Below are positions 29,092-39,075 of a stretch of 64,000 nucleotides of DNA, piece by piece (within the stretch, counting starts at the first letter, position 1; every line of letters begins with the position of its first letter). The stretch covers positions 96,001 to 160,000 of the forward strand of contig JBBFKW010000006.1 of NCBI GenBank assembly GCA_037481835.1. The letters run 5' to 3'. The position numbers and the translations under genes were made by a program. Under the pieces are notes generated by a model that was not told the DNA's origin, ran no database searches, and saw only the letters and a list, made by a program, of their open reading frames with translations. Source of the DNA: Desulfosoma sp. Lineage in GTDB: Bacteria; Desulfobacterota; Syntrophobacteria; Syntrophobacterales; DSM-9756.

Positions 29092-30675
29092 TCATGAGCC
29101 GTCTCCGGTATCCCTGGGCTGGTGTTCCGGGCGCAGCAGGTCCAAAACGGTCTTCACCGGGTTGAAGGTCACCGATGGGACTTCCACGAAAACGGTGTTC
29201 CACAGCGCCATGGACCCGTTCCAGAGGCCGGGTAGTTCCAGCGCCTTCAACGGGCGGCCTTCCAAGGATTTTTTCGTGATGATGACCGCATCCGGATCCC
29301 GGTAGCGCAGCAAATCGTAAGGAGCGCCCTCGGGATCCCGCACGGCGCACACCAAGTCCACGGGATTGAAATGGGTCGCCCGCTCCCACACGGCCCGCTG
29401 ACGCGGATCGGCCATGTTCACCTGGGCCTTTTCCACGATTTGGCAGGTGAGGCGCCCTTCCCGGTCCCAGGCCCAGAAGGGGCCGCCGCCGGGTTCACCC
29501 ACGTTACGCACCATGCCGCACACTCGAAGAGGGCGGTTGAGCACGTGGAGGAGCAAGTCTCTTTGGGCGATCAGGGCCCCTCCGATGGCGCACGTGCCGC
29601 CCCAGAAGGTCGTCTGCACGAAGCGGCGCACCTGCTCCACCGTCTCCGACGACAACCGGGTGCGCAAAGCCTTGATCTGGCGATGGATGCGCTCCTGCAT
29701 GAGGATGGCCAGCCCGCCCAGGATTTTCTTCCAGCGGATCGTTTCCGGCTTGAGGTAATCCGGCACCACGTTGTCGATGTTCTTGATGTAGACCAGGTCT
29801 CCTTTGAGGCGGTTCAAATTGTAGAGGAGCGCGCCGTGGCCGGCCGGTCGAAACACCAGGCGGCCGGAGGCGTCTCGGAACGGCCGGTTGTCTTCGTCCA
29901 CGGCCAGGGTATTCGTTGCGGCGCTTTGCTCGGACAAGGTAATCTGAAAGGAACAATCCCAGAGGGCCTCGTGACGCGGGCGCACTGCGGCGATGTGTTC
30001 CAGAAACCGCTCCTCGTGCTCGGGGCTCACCGTGAAATGCACGGGGCACACCCCGTTGGGCAGGCGGACAATGCGGGCTGCTTCCGCCAACTGCTCTTCC
30101 AGGGCCGTGCGGGGCCCGTCTTCATAGCGATGGAAAGGGATGAGGGCCTTGGGAAGCCGCCCGTAATCCAAGCCTTGGGCCGTCAAAAGGGCCTTCAGGG
30201 CCCGGTCGATTCTCCCGGCGCGCAGATCCCCCTCCAGGTCGGCGCCGGAGCGGCCCGCGGCCTCCAGCCACGCCTCGTAAAAAGCAAAACGCCGGGCGTT
30301 GTCGAAAAACACCCGAACACGGCGAGCCGCCTCGTCCCCGGCTTCGGCCGAGGCTTTGATTTGGGAAAGATCGGGCACGGGGTTTCGCCCCAGCACGGCG
30401 AAAAGGTCCTGGAACATGCGCGTCGCCGCGCCGGAAGCGGGAACGAATTTGACGAACCGCCCCTTTTTGAGCCCCTTGGTGTAGGCGTCCATACAGGCCC
30501 TTTCCAGCTGGGCATCCACCCCGAGGATGCCGTCTCCCAAGGTGCAGGGCCTGTGGAGTTCCACGCTGATGTTTTTCTTTTCAAAAAGGGCCAGCTGCCG
30601 TTCCACCTCCCACTGAGGGATCCCCAGCTGCTTCATCTGCTCCAGATCCGCTTCGTCAAACCACTTCTCATCCAT
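29092..30675 (-). CDS. DUF4301-family protein
   Basis: KFVPASGAATRMF, PKALIPFH, HFTVSPEH, FRPAGHGALL, IKNIDNV, GEPGGGPF, THFNPVDL, ALELPGLWNG; start MDEKWF. Confidence 0.85.
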   Translation of the reverse strand: MDEKWFDEADLEQMKQLGIPQWEVERQLALFEKKNISVELHRPCTLGDGILGVDAQLERACMDAYTKGLKKGRFVKFVPASGAATRMFQDLFAVLGRNPVPDLSQIKASAEAGDEAARRVRVFFDNARRFAFYEAWLEAAGRSGADLEGDLRAGRIDRALKALLTAQGLDYGRLPKALIPFHRYEDGPRTALEEQLAEAARIVRLPNGVCPVHFTVSPEHEERFLEHIAAVRPRHEALWDCSFQITLSEQSAATNTLAVDEDNRPFRDASGRLVFRPAGHGALLYNLNRLKGDLVYIKNIDNVVPDYLKPETIRWKKILGGLAILMQERIHRQIKALRTRLSSETVEQVRRFVQTTFWGGTCAIGGALIAQRDLLLHVLNRPLRVCGMVRNVGEPGGGPFWAWDREGRLTCQIVEKAQVNMADPRQRAVWERATHFNPVDLVCAVRDPEGAPYDLLRYRDPDAVIITKKSLEGRPLKALELPGLWNGSMALWNTVFVEVPSVTFNPVKTVLDLLRPEHQPRDTGDGS

Positions 30676-30855
30676 CAAGCCGCCCTCCGGGGAACATGCC
30701 GTGGTTACGCCCGTCTTTGATACCCGCTCGTTCTTTGTCACATAACACAATCCCCGCCGAGGCAAAAGACTCCCTTTGCCGTTGACAAGATCCCGCGGGG
30801 GCGACTTAAATGGCGCTTCGCGGACGAGCACTCCCCACGACAGACGGAGGACGGT

Positions 30856-31638
30856 ATGGGACTGAGGCATGGGCTTTTGGTGAAATGGGTGACGGCGTGC
30901 GCCGTCGGCGCCCTGGTGTTTTCGGGGTTGGGAAGCGCCGTCTTTTTCTCGGCGCATCATGGATCGGCGGCATGGGCCCGAACACAAGCGGAAGAGGACG
31001 AAAGCTACCTGGAAGATCCCTTTGCGGAAAAGGAAATCACGGTGGCGGATCCGCTGCAGCCCATCAACCGAGCCTTTTTTCATTTCAACGACAAGCTCTA
31101 TTTCTGGGTGCTCAAGCCCGTGGCCACCGTCTACAAGACGTTCATCCCCACCGGGGTGCGCCTGTGCGTGCGCAACGTTTTCGATAACTTGATGGCGCCC
31201 GTTCGGATCGCCAATAATTTGTTCCAGCTCAAATTCCAGCGAAGCGGCGTGGAACTGGTGCGGTTCGCCCTGAATTCCACCCTGGGGGCCGGCGGCATGT
31301 TCGACCCCGCCGAAAAGGAATTCGGCCTCAAAGCCTACGACGAAGATTTCGGCCAGACCCTGGGCCGTTACGGGGTCGGAAACGGCATCTTCTTCATGTG
31401 GCCCGTCTTCGGGCCGTCCACGCTGCGGGACACCGCGGGGATCGCCGGGGACTATTTCTTGGATCCCCTGAGCTACCTGTCGTGGACGGATTGGGGGGTC
31501 GTCGAAGGGACCAAGGCCGTCAACCGGACGTCTCTCACCATCGGCCAATACGAGGACTTTAAAGCCAGCGCCTTGGACCCTTACCTCTCCATGCGCGACG
31601 CCTACATCAAATACCGACACCGGCAGGTGCAGAAGTAA
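30856..31638 (+). CDS. mlaA: VacJ/MlaA family protein
   Basis: DPLQPINRAFFHFND, RFALNSTLGAGG, EDFGQTLG, PVFGPSTLRD. Confidence 0.9.
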   Translation: MGLRHGLLVKWVTACAVGALVFSGLGSAVFFSAHHGSAAWARTQAEEDESYLEDPFAEKEITVADPLQPINRAFFHFNDKLYFWVLKPVATVYKTFIPTGVRLCVRNVFDNLMAPVRIANNLFQLKFQRSGVELVRFALNSTLGAGGMFDPAEKEFGLKAYDEDFGQTLGRYGVGNGIFFMWPVFGPSTLRDTAGIAGDYFLDPLSYLSWTDWGVVEGTKAVNRTSLTIGQYEDFKASALDPYLSMRDAYIKYRHRQVQK

Positions 31639-31668
31639 GGCACCGAGCCCGAGGGAACGGGATTGCTT

Positions 31669-32637
31669 ATGTTTGTCTATGTGACGGCCGTCGTTTTGGG
31701 CGCCGCCGCCCTGGTGTGGGGGGCCGATCGGTTCGTGGACGGGGCGGCGGCGTTGGCCCGGCGGCTTGGGGTTTCCCCCATCATCATCGGGCTCACGGTG
31801 GTCTCCTTCGGCACGTCCCTTCCGGAGCTCCTGGTGAGTGTGTCCGCAACGGTCATGGGCCATCCGGACGTGGCCGTGGGCAACGTGGTGGGCAGCAACA
31901 TCGCCAACATCGGCCTTATCCTGGGCGCCGCCGCCGTCTTTCGCCCGCTCAGGGTCCACGGTTCCCTCGTGCGCCGCGAATATCCCCTGCTGATCTGCGT
32001 TTCGGTCATCGCGTGGCTCATGGCCCGAGACGAAACCTTCAGCCGGTTTGAAGGTATCCTGCTCGTGGCGGGCCTTGCCCTCTTTATTGCCTGGATGATC
32101 GTAACGGCGAAACAAGGCGCCCCTGAAGTCCTCTTGGAGGAAGCATCCCGGGGGGATGGCGCCCCCGGAGAAGCCTCTTTGTCGGCAAAGCCCGTCTTTT
32201 CTCTTGTTGCCGGCCTGATCGGCCTCGTCGCCGGGAGTCGCTTGCTCGTGTGGGGCGGGGTCGCTTTGGCCCGAACCATGGGGATCAGCGAGCTGGTCAT
32301 CGGGCTCTCCCTGGTGGCCGTCGGCACGAGTCTGCCGGAGCTGGCCACGTCCGTGGCCGGAGCCATAAAGAAACAGGACGACATCGCCGTGGGAAACGTG
32401 GTGGGCTCAAACCTTTTCAACACCCTGGCCATCCTCGGCATTCCGTCCCTCATTCGCCCGCTCACGGTTTCCGCCGAAGCCTTCCACCGGGATTTTCCCG
32501 TAATGCTTTTGGCCACGCTGATCCTGTGGCCCTTATGCCGATCGTGGAGGGGACGCCAGGGGAGGGTCAACCGCCTGGAAGGCGGCGCCCTGGTTGCGGG
32601 CTACCTCGTCTACCTCGGCATCCTTTTGAAGTCCTGA
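31669..32637 (+). CDS. Calcium/sodium antiporter (YrbG-like)
   Basis: Two alpha repeats GTSLPEL..GNVVGSN. Confidence 0.92.
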   Translation: MFVYVTAVVLGAAALVWGADRFVDGAAALARRLGVSPIIIGLTVVSFGTSLPELLVSVSATVMGHPDVAVGNVVGSNIANIGLILGAAAVFRPLRVHGSLVRREYPLLICVSVIAWLMARDETFSRFEGILLVAGLALFIAWMIVTAKQGAPEVLLEEASRGDGAPGEASLSAKPVFSLVAGLIGLVAGSRLLVWGGVALARTMGISELVIGLSLVAVGTSLPELATSVAGAIKKQDDIAVGNVVGSNLFNTLAILGIPSLIRPLTVSAEAFHRDFPVMLLATLILWPLCRSWRGRQGRVNRLEGGALVAGYLVYLGILLKS

Positions 32638-32651
32638 GAAAACCGAGCCCT

Positions 32652-34175
32652 CTATAGAGACTCGCACAGGGCGCGGACCAACCCGGGGATGGTGTATTCG
32701 TCGGCGATCACCGCCGGGTGGATCCCAAGGGATCGGGCCGTGTCCGCCGTGATGGGTCCGATACAGGCGACGAGGGTTTTTTGCAAAAGCCGGGGCACAT
32801 CCCGATGGGAAAGGGCCTGGACGAAGAACCGCACGGTTGAGGAGGCGGTGAAGGTGACCACGTGGATTTCGCCCCGTTCCAGCATGGTCGCCACTTTTTC
32901 CGCCCCTTCGGCCGCAGGGATTGTTTCGTAGGCGGGAACCACATCCACTTCGGCACCCCATCGGCGCAACGTCTGCGGGAGCACGTCCCGGGCCTGGGCG
33001 GCTCGAGGCAGCAGAAACCTGCGGCCCCGCACGGCTTCTTCCCCCAGGGCTTCCAGGAGCGATTCGGCTCTGTATTCTTGGGGCACCACATCCAGGCGAA
33101 GGCCGAACCGTTCCAGAGATTCGGCCGTCTTGGGGCCGATGGCCGCCAGGCGCATTCCGGCCAGAGCCCGCACATCCCGGCCCGCCGCCCACAGTCGGTC
33201 CATGAAAAACCGCACGCCGTTCACACTGGTGAAGATCAGCCAGTCGTATCGGCCGAGGGAGGCCAGGGCGGCGTCCAGGGGCTCCCATGACGCCGGCGGG
33301 GTGACGGCGATGGTGGGGAATTCCACGCACCGGGCGCCCCGTTCTTCCAGGGCCTTTCGGAAGTCGCTGGCCTGTTCCCGGGCCCGGGTGACGAGAACCG
33401 TCTTGCCGAAAAGGGGCTTGGTCTCGAACCAGTTGAGGGATTCCCGGAGGCGCACCACATCGCCGACGACGATCACCGCCGGGGGTTTCAGGCCCGCCTC
33501 CCGCACCTTGTCCACAATATCGGCCAAAGTGCCGGTGACGGTGCGCTGCTCGGGGGTCGTCCCCCACCGGATGACGGCCACCGGGGTTTGAGGGGATCGG
33601 CCGTGTTCCACGAGGCGCGCGGCGATCTCGGGAAGGTTCTTGACACCCATGAAAAACACCAGGGTGCCGATCCCGGAGGAGAGTTTTCCCCAGTCGATCC
33701 CTTCCTTGCCTTGGAAAGGCGCGCCGTCGGCCCTTTCGTGCCCCGTGATGAAGGCCATGCTCGAGGCGTAATCCCGATGCGACAGGGGGATGCCCGCATA
33801 GGCGGGCACGGCCACGGCGGCCGTGACGCCGGGGACGACTTCGAAGTCGATCCCCGCCGCCGCCAGTTCCTGGGCTTCTTCGCCGCCGCGACCGAAAACA
33901 AAAGGGTCGCCGCCTTTGAGCCGCACCACCACCCGATCCCGGGCCTTTTCCACGAGCAGACGGTTGATGGCCTCCTGGGGCATGGTGTGGTCTCCGCCCT
34001 TCTTCCCCACGTAGATGCGTTCCGCGTGGGGGGGCGCGTATTCCAGGAACGCTTCGTTGGCCAAGTAATCGTAGATGACCACATCGGCCAGACCGAGGAC
34101 CTCCCGGCCTTTGAGCGTGAGGAGGCCCGGATCTCCGGGGCCGGCTCCCACGAGGTAGGCTTTTCCTTTTTTCAC
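32652..34175 (-). CDS. cobA: Uroporphyrinogen-III C-methyltransferase/synthase fusion (CobA-HemD)
   Basis: YLVGAGPGDPGLLT, RLKGGDPFVFGRGGEE, then HemD (VLVTRAREQ, IFTSVNGV, FTASSTV); GTG start estimated from a GAGGA RBS. Confidence 0.93.
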   Translation of the reverse strand: MKKGKAYLVGAGPGDPGLLTLKGREVLGLADVVIYDYLANEAFLEYAPPHAERIYVGKKGGDHTMPQEAINRLLVEKARDRVVVRLKGGDPFVFGRGGEEAQELAAAGIDFEVVPGVTAAVAVPAYAGIPLSHRDYASSMAFITGHERADGAPFQGKEGIDWGKLSSGIGTLVFFMGVKNLPEIAARLVEHGRSPQTPVAVIRWGTTPEQRTVTGTLADIVDKVREAGLKPPAVIVVGDVVRLRESLNWFETKPLFGKTVLVTRAREQASDFRKALEERGARCVEFPTIAVTPPASWEPLDAALASLGRYDWLIFTSVNGVRFFMDRLWAAGRDVRALAGMRLAAIGPKTAESLERFGLRLDVVPQEYRAESLLEALGEEAVRGRRFLLPRAAQARDVLPQTLRRWGAEVDVVPAYETIPAAEGAEKVATMLERGEIHVVTFTASSTVRFFVQALSHRDVPRLLQKTLVACIGPITADTARSLGIHPAVIADEYTIPGLVRALCESL

Positions 34176-34243
34176 GGCATCCTCATTCTTCGTCATCGAA
34201 GGGACATGGGTTTGCGGGTAATCTGGAATCTTCGGGCGGCGGC

Positions 34244-35167
34244 TTACGGCATCAAAGCGTCGAGAATGGCGCGGGCTCCCGCATCCAGCAGGCGCCGGGC
34301 CAGGTCCCGGCCGAGCGCCTCCTCGTCCCCCAAAGGAGCCGCCTGGGTCCTGCGATACACGGTGCGGCCGTCCAGGGACGCCACCAATCCCGTCAAGGTC
34401 ACGGTGTCGTCGGAAACCGTGGCGAAACCCGCAATGGGCACCTGGCATCCGCCCTGCAATTCGTCCAAGAAGGCGCGTTCGGCCGTCACCGCCCGCCACG
34501 TGGGTTCGTGGTGTAACGGCGCCGTGAGTTCATGGAGGGCGTCGTCTTCCTTGCGGATTTCGATCCCCAGAGCGCCCTGGCCGATGGCGGGCACAAACCG
34601 TTCGGGGTCCATGAAGGCCGTGACGGCGTCCTGCCAGCCCATGCGCCGGAGCCCCGCCGCCGCCAGGATGACGGCGTCGTAGACGCCTTCCCGCACTTTG
34701 CGAAGGCGGGTGTCCAGGTTGCCTCGAAGGTTTTCCACGCGAAGATCCGGCCGCAGATGGCGGATCTGGGCCGCCCGCCTCAGGCTGCTCGTTCCCACGA
34801 CGGCCCCGCGGGGAAGATCGTCCAAGCCGGACGCTTTGGGGGCGATGAGCACATCGCGGGGGTCTTCCCGAAGAGGAACCACCGCCAGGGTCAGGGGGGC
34901 GGGAAGTTCGGAGGGGACATCCTTCATGCTGTGGACGGCGAGATCCACGCGGCCCTCCATGAGGGCCTCTTCGATTTCCTTGACGAAAAGCCCTTTGCCG
35001 CCCACCTTGGCCAAAGGCACGTCGAGGATCTTGTCGCCCGTGGTTTTGATGATTTCCAGAGTGACCTCGAGGCCGGGCCATTGCCGTTCCAGGGCTTCTT
35101 TGATCATTTCCGCCTGGCGCAATGCGAGTTTGCTCCCGCGGGTGCCGATGACCAGGTGTTCTTTCAA
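34244..35167 (-). CDS. hemC: Hydroxymethylbilane synthase
   Basis: IGTRGSKLALRQ, GGKGLFVKEIE, AVHSMKD, GTSSLRR, GGCQVPI; TTG start estimated. Confidence 0.97.
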   Translation of the reverse strand: MKEHLVIGTRGSKLALRQAEMIKEALERQWPGLEVTLEIIKTTGDKILDVPLAKVGGKGLFVKEIEEALMEGRVDLAVHSMKDVPSELPAPLTLAVVPLREDPRDVLIAPKASGLDDLPRGAVVGTSSLRRAAQIRHLRPDLRVENLRGNLDTRLRKVREGVYDAVILAAAGLRRMGWQDAVTAFMDPERFVPAIGQGALGIEIRKEDDALHELTAPLHHEPTWRAVTAERAFLDELQGGCQVPIAGFATVSDDTVTLTGLVASLDGRTVYRRTQAAPLGDEEALGRDLARRLLDAGARAILDALMP

Positions 35168-35195
35168 GGGTGTCTCCCTGCGCGCGTATCGCCCC

Positions 35196-35405
35196 CGAGA
35201 CCCAGGGCGTTGCCGTGAGCTCGTATCCTTCGCCCCTCCGGGGCGATGCACGGTTTCACAATCTTTCGCCCCTGCGGGGCAATCCTCCGTGTCGGAATTG
35301 TTTACCCCCGGGGGGCGGGGCACGGTCCCGGAATTCTTTTACCCTGCGGGGCGATCCGGTGCCCGAAGGGGCACGGCATGTCAACCCGGGGCGCAGCCCC
35401 GGGTT
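35196..35405. repeat. Cluster of CGCCCC-N-GGGGC REP-like palindromes
   Basis: CCCAGGGCGTTGCCGTGAGC..CGCCCCTCCGGGGCG, ~36-bp degenerate reiterations, then an inverted copy GCCCGAAGGGGC..CCCGGGGCGCAGCCCCGGG. Confidence 0.55.
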
Positions 35406-35604
35406 GGCGGGGTCCCAATTTCTTTCGCACGTTCTCCTACCCGCCGCGTTCCCACCGTGCACCGTGTCAACCCGTTACCTCGGCACCTAGCCGCCGTGCC
35501 CATGTCAACTCCCCATCCGGCCACGGTGCCACCCCGCTACCGTGCCCCGTTGGCCTTGGTGCCGGGGTGCCGCACGCGCCCGTTCGCGGGGGGCGCCTGG
35601 GGCC

Positions 35605-35841
35605 CTAGTGGCACGTGGCGCAGCTTCCCCCCGAACACCCGGAGCAGGAAGACGCACCGGCGGATCCCATGCGGCTGCTGGCCGCTCCCTTGTCCCCGCC
35701 GCTTTTGAACCCGAAGACGGACATTTCCCGCCGTGCGTCGCTGGAGCCGCACTTGGGGCACTGCACCGCCTCATCGCTTCGAAAAACCAGGCACTCGTAG
35801 CGTTCGCCGCAGCCTCCACATCGGTATTCATAGATCGGCAT
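35605..35841 (-). CDS. FmdB-family zinc-ribbon protein
   Basis: MPIYEYRCGGCG..CPKCGS..CSGCSGGSCATCH. Confidence 0.9.
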   Translation of the reverse strand: MPIYEYRCGGCGERYECLVFRSDEAVQCPKCGSSDARREMSVFGFKSGGDKGAASSRMGSAGASSCSGCSGGSCATCH

Positions 35842-35891
35842 GATGTTCACCTCTTTCCCGTGATCGTTCGCACCTTTGGTGCGTTTCCATC

Positions 35892-36269
35892 TTAAGTCGC
35901 CGCCACGACCCGAACAAGATCCCCGTCTTTGACCCCCTTAAAATGAGTAGGGTCTCCGCAGACCTTTCCCACGATATTGACGGCGCTGGCCGGACGGATT
36001 TCCCCCGGGGCGCTGATGGGCGTCGGGCCGAAAAAGATGCAGAAAGCCTTCCCCTTGGGCCAATAGCCCAGATCCCCCGCACTGACCAGTTCTTTGGCCC
36101 GATCGTCCAAAGGCATATTTACGGGAATGGAAAAATAGATTTCATCCCCCCACGTGTTCGCCTCCGCTTCAAGGGGAAGAACCTCGGCGATCTTTTGCGC
36201 CGTCGGGCTGTCGTTCAGCATGGCGTCCATGACGATCCCCGGCGCTTCGATGCGGATACGTGTCGGCAT
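35892..36269 (-). CDS. Cyclophilin-like fold protein (DUF369-like)
   Basis: ANTWGDEIYF, GDLGYWPKGKAFCIFFGPTP, PASAVNIVG. Confidence 0.8.
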   Translation of the reverse strand: MPTRIRIEAPGIVMDAMLNDSPTAQKIAEVLPLEAEANTWGDEIYFSIPVNMPLDDRAKELVSAGDLGYWPKGKAFCIFFGPTPISAPGEIRPASAVNIVGKVCGDPTHFKGVKDGDLVRVVAAT

Positions 36270-37218
36270 GGCACCCTCCTTCATGGAGCCGTTCCTTGAC
36301 GGCCGCACAAAACAGCGGAAAAAGCATTTCATGATGCCCCACGAAAGAAAAACCTCGTCCCCCGCGGGCGGTGGGGCGTTCGACCACATTGACCTGGGGC
36401 CTGTAATGGCGCATGAAGTCCATATTGATCGTGGTGAGGCCGCTCAGGTCATGACCCAGATTGGCACAGACGCTCACGGCCTTGAGGAACACCTCGGGAA
36501 GGATCACCGCGGAGCCCAGGTTGATGTACACGCCGCCGGCCAAGCGGGACACCAGGGCGCAAAGGATCCGAAAATCCCGGTGACTCAACGCCCCCGTCGC
36601 CGCCCCATCCATAGACGGGTGCATGTGGATGATGTCGGTCCCGATGGCCACATGGACGGTCACAGGCCGGTCCAAGGCCGCGGCGGCGGCCAGGATGCTG
36701 TGCGCCGCATAGGGCGGGCAGGTTTCCCGCAGGGCGTCCCCGACGGCCCGGCCCAGCCCCACCTCCCCTCGGGCCGCACCGCGCGCCACCGCCCCATGGA
36801 TGAATTCCGCGGTCTCCCGCGCCATGCCGAACCGGCCGGCGTGAAGCTCGGCGGCCACATCTTCCGACGTCCTTCCCACGAGGGCCATTTCCACGTCATG
36901 GACGACGCCGGCCCCGTTCATGGCCACCCCCTGGAACAGGCCCGATCGCAACCCGTCAATGATGAGGGGGCTCAGGCCCACCTTGATGGGATGCGCTCCC
37001 ATCCCCAGGAGCACCGTTCGGCCGGCGCAGACGGCCTCGGCCGTCCTCGCCACGGCGTCCCGGAACTGAACCCCGGCAAGCTGCATGGGAAGCGATCGGA
37101 GAAATTCCCCGAAGGTGCCGCCGGCCTTCCAGGGCGATGCCATGTCTTCCAGGCAGACTTTGCCCGGCCGATCGTAAAGGCTCAGGGTGCGCAGGTGTTC
37201 CAGGGACAAAGGGTCCAT
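36169..37218 (-). CDS. Conserved hypothetical protein, deoxyhypusine-synthase-like fold
   Basis: MGAHPIKVGL, AMNGAGVVHD, HVAIGTDIIH, NLGSAVILPEVFLKA, GHHEMLFP; 3' end overlaps the next gene by 101 nt. Confidence 0.65.
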   Translation of the reverse strand: MDPLSLEHLRTLSLYDRPGKVCLEDMASPWKAGGTFGEFLRSLPMQLAGVQFRDAVARTAEAVCAGRTVLLGMGAHPIKVGLSPLIIDGLRSGLFQGVAMNGAGVVHDVEMALVGRTSEDVAAELHAGRFGMARETAEFIHGAVARGAARGEVGLGRAVGDALRETCPPYAAHSILAAAAALDRPVTVHVAIGTDIIHMHPSMDGAATGALSHRDFRILCALVSRLAGGVYINLGSAVILPEVFLKAVSVCANLGHDLSGLTTINMDFMRHYRPQVNVVERPTARGGRGFSFVGHHEMLFPLFCAAVKERLHEGGCHADTYPHRSAGDRHGRHAERQPDGAKDRRGSSP

Positions 37219-37226
37219 AGCGGATG

Positions 37227-37859
37227 TCAGCAGCACACCGTCGGGGTGGGGTCTTGCGGCGGCCGGGCGCCCCCGAAGAGCATCTCTTCCACCAGTTCAC
37301 AGATCACATGACCCACGGCGATGTGCACTTCCTGCACCCGCGCGGTCACCGCATCGGGCACATGGAGGATGAGATCGCAATAGACGTCCATGTCGGTCTG
37401 CCGAAGGCCCGCCAGGCCCAGGGTGTGCAAGCCGTGTTCCCGGGCCCACCGAAGGGCCCTCAGGACGTTTTCCGATCGACCGCTGGTGCTCAGCCCCACG
37501 GCCACATCGCCCGCTTCACCGAGGCCCCGAAGCTGGCGCACGAACACGTCCCGGAAATCGTAATCGTTGGCGATGCTCGTGAGCACCGAAGTGTCCGTCG
37601 TGAGGGCCACGGCCGGCAAAGGAACGCGCTCCTTTTGGAAACGGTTGATGAATTCGGCGGCCAGATGCTGGCAGTCGGCCGCACTGCCGCCGTTTCCAAA
37701 GAGGTAGAGGCGCCTTCGAGCCCGGAAGGCTTCGGCCACAACCCGAGCCATTCGGACGATGGTTTCGGCGTCTCGCACTTTCACCGCATTGAAAGCCCGG
37801 GAAGCCGCATCGAAGGCCTCATGCACCCTTCGGGTCCACACGTTTTCTTCCGCACTCAT
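37227..37859 (-). CDS. gmhA: Phosphoheptose isomerase
   Basis: FGNGGSAADCQHLAAEF, IANDY, LSTSGRSEN, TARVQEVH. Confidence 0.93.
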   Translation of the reverse strand: MSAEENVWTRRVHEAFDAASRAFNAVKVRDAETIVRMARVVAEAFRARRRLYLFGNGGSAADCQHLAAEFINRFQKERVPLPAVALTTDTSVLTSIANDYDFRDVFVRQLRGLGEAGDVAVGLSTSGRSENVLRALRWAREHGLHTLGLAGLRQTDMDVYCDLILHVPDAVTARVQEVHIAVGHVICELVEEMLFGGARPPQDPTPTVCC

Positions 37860-38896
37860 CGCCCCGCCTCCCCGCCCGACGAGGCGTCGTCCCCGCCGGC
37901 CGGCTCATCGTCGTCGGTCCACACGGGTGTGCGCACCCCGAAGCCCGATCGGGCGTCTTCCAGCATGAGGGATCGGAACCGGCGGAAACACGGCCCGGGC
38001 AGCCCGTCCCCGATAAGCTTTCCGTCGTAACGGACCACGGCAAGGACCGGGTACGTGGTCCCGAAGATCATCATTTCAGCCGCGCTGTAGGCGTCTTCCG
38101 GCCGAAGGTCGGCTTCGGCCACGTCCGTGAGTTCTCCGGTCGTGACCAAAGGCCGGGCCAATTCCAGCATCCGGGTCACCGTCGTCCCTTGCAGGATGCG
38201 GTCGAACCGCGGCACGAGAAAACGGCCCTCCCGGGTGACGATCCCCACGTTTTCCGTGGCCCCTTCACCCAGGAAGCCGTCGTCGTCGATGGAGACGGTA
38301 AAATCAACGCCGGCATCCCGGGCTTCCTTGGTCATGAGGACGTTCGGGAGATAGTTGCAGCTCTTGACGTTGGCAAAATAGGATTTTTTTATGGGAATGC
38401 GGCTGCTTTTGAGCGTGACGCCTCGCGCCAGTTTGTCTTCGGGGACAGGCTTTAGGCGGGTGACCATGATATAGAGCTGGCTTGCCGGGCATTCGTACGG
38501 GTCGGTGCTGAATCCTCCCGGACCTCGCGACATGTAGATTCGAACCAGGCAATCCCGGGATCCCGACGCGCGCACGGTTTCCTTCACAAGGCCGATGAGC
38601 CGTCGCCGGTCCACGGGCCATGACAGCTGGGCGATGTCCGCCGAGCGGCTCAGACGATCCAAATGCCGATCGAGCAGATAGAGGTGTCCGTCCACGCACT
38701 GCAAGGCTTCGAAGACCCCGTCCCCGCGGTGGACCAAATGGTCGTCCAAGGGAATGAGCATGGCCCTAGGATCCGTGCAGATCCCCCCGTACCAGGACGA
38801 GTACATGGCCAGGTATTCGGCGTGATACGGTTCTTTTTTCTGGAGCAATCGATCCACGACGGCGTCGAAACTCAACACGGGAACCCCTCGACCCAT
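37856..38896 (-). CDS. Class IV aminotransferase (BCAT/D-Ala aminotransferase/ADC lyase family)
   Basis: HRGDGVFE, HLDRLSRSA, VKSCNYLPN, EGATENV, ILQGTT. Confidence 0.88.
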   Translation of the reverse strand: MGRGVPVLSFDAVVDRLLQKKEPYHAEYLAMYSSWYGGICTDPRAMLIPLDDHLVHRGDGVFEALQCVDGHLYLLDRHLDRLSRSADIAQLSWPVDRRRLIGLVKETVRASGSRDCLVRIYMSRGPGGFSTDPYECPASQLYIMVTRLKPVPEDKLARGVTLKSSRIPIKKSYFANVKSCNYLPNVLMTKEARDAGVDFTVSIDDDGFLGEGATENVGIVTREGRFLVPRFDRILQGTTVTRMLELARPLVTTGELTDVAEADLRPEDAYSAAEMMIFGTTYPVLAVVRYDGKLIGDGLPGPCFRRFRSLMLEDARSGFGVRTPVWTDDDEPAGGDDASSGGEAGR

Positions 38897-39075
38897 GCCC
38901 GAACCCTCCAAACCCTCTTTACGCCAAGCGCTGTCTTCTTCAAAAGCGCTTAACAATAGACAAGGCGCCTCGGATGTGCAAGGCTTTGTGCGATTCCCGA
39001 AGGGAACGGCTTCGAGTGTGGGCGTCAATCCATGAGCGTGAACCGGGCGGAAACTTCCGCACCTCTGCAGCATTC

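Noticed and set aside
29092..32115. 1007-aa ORF as a single protein
   Set aside because: The upstream half is antisense to mlaA and the antiporter; the conserved part begins at 30675
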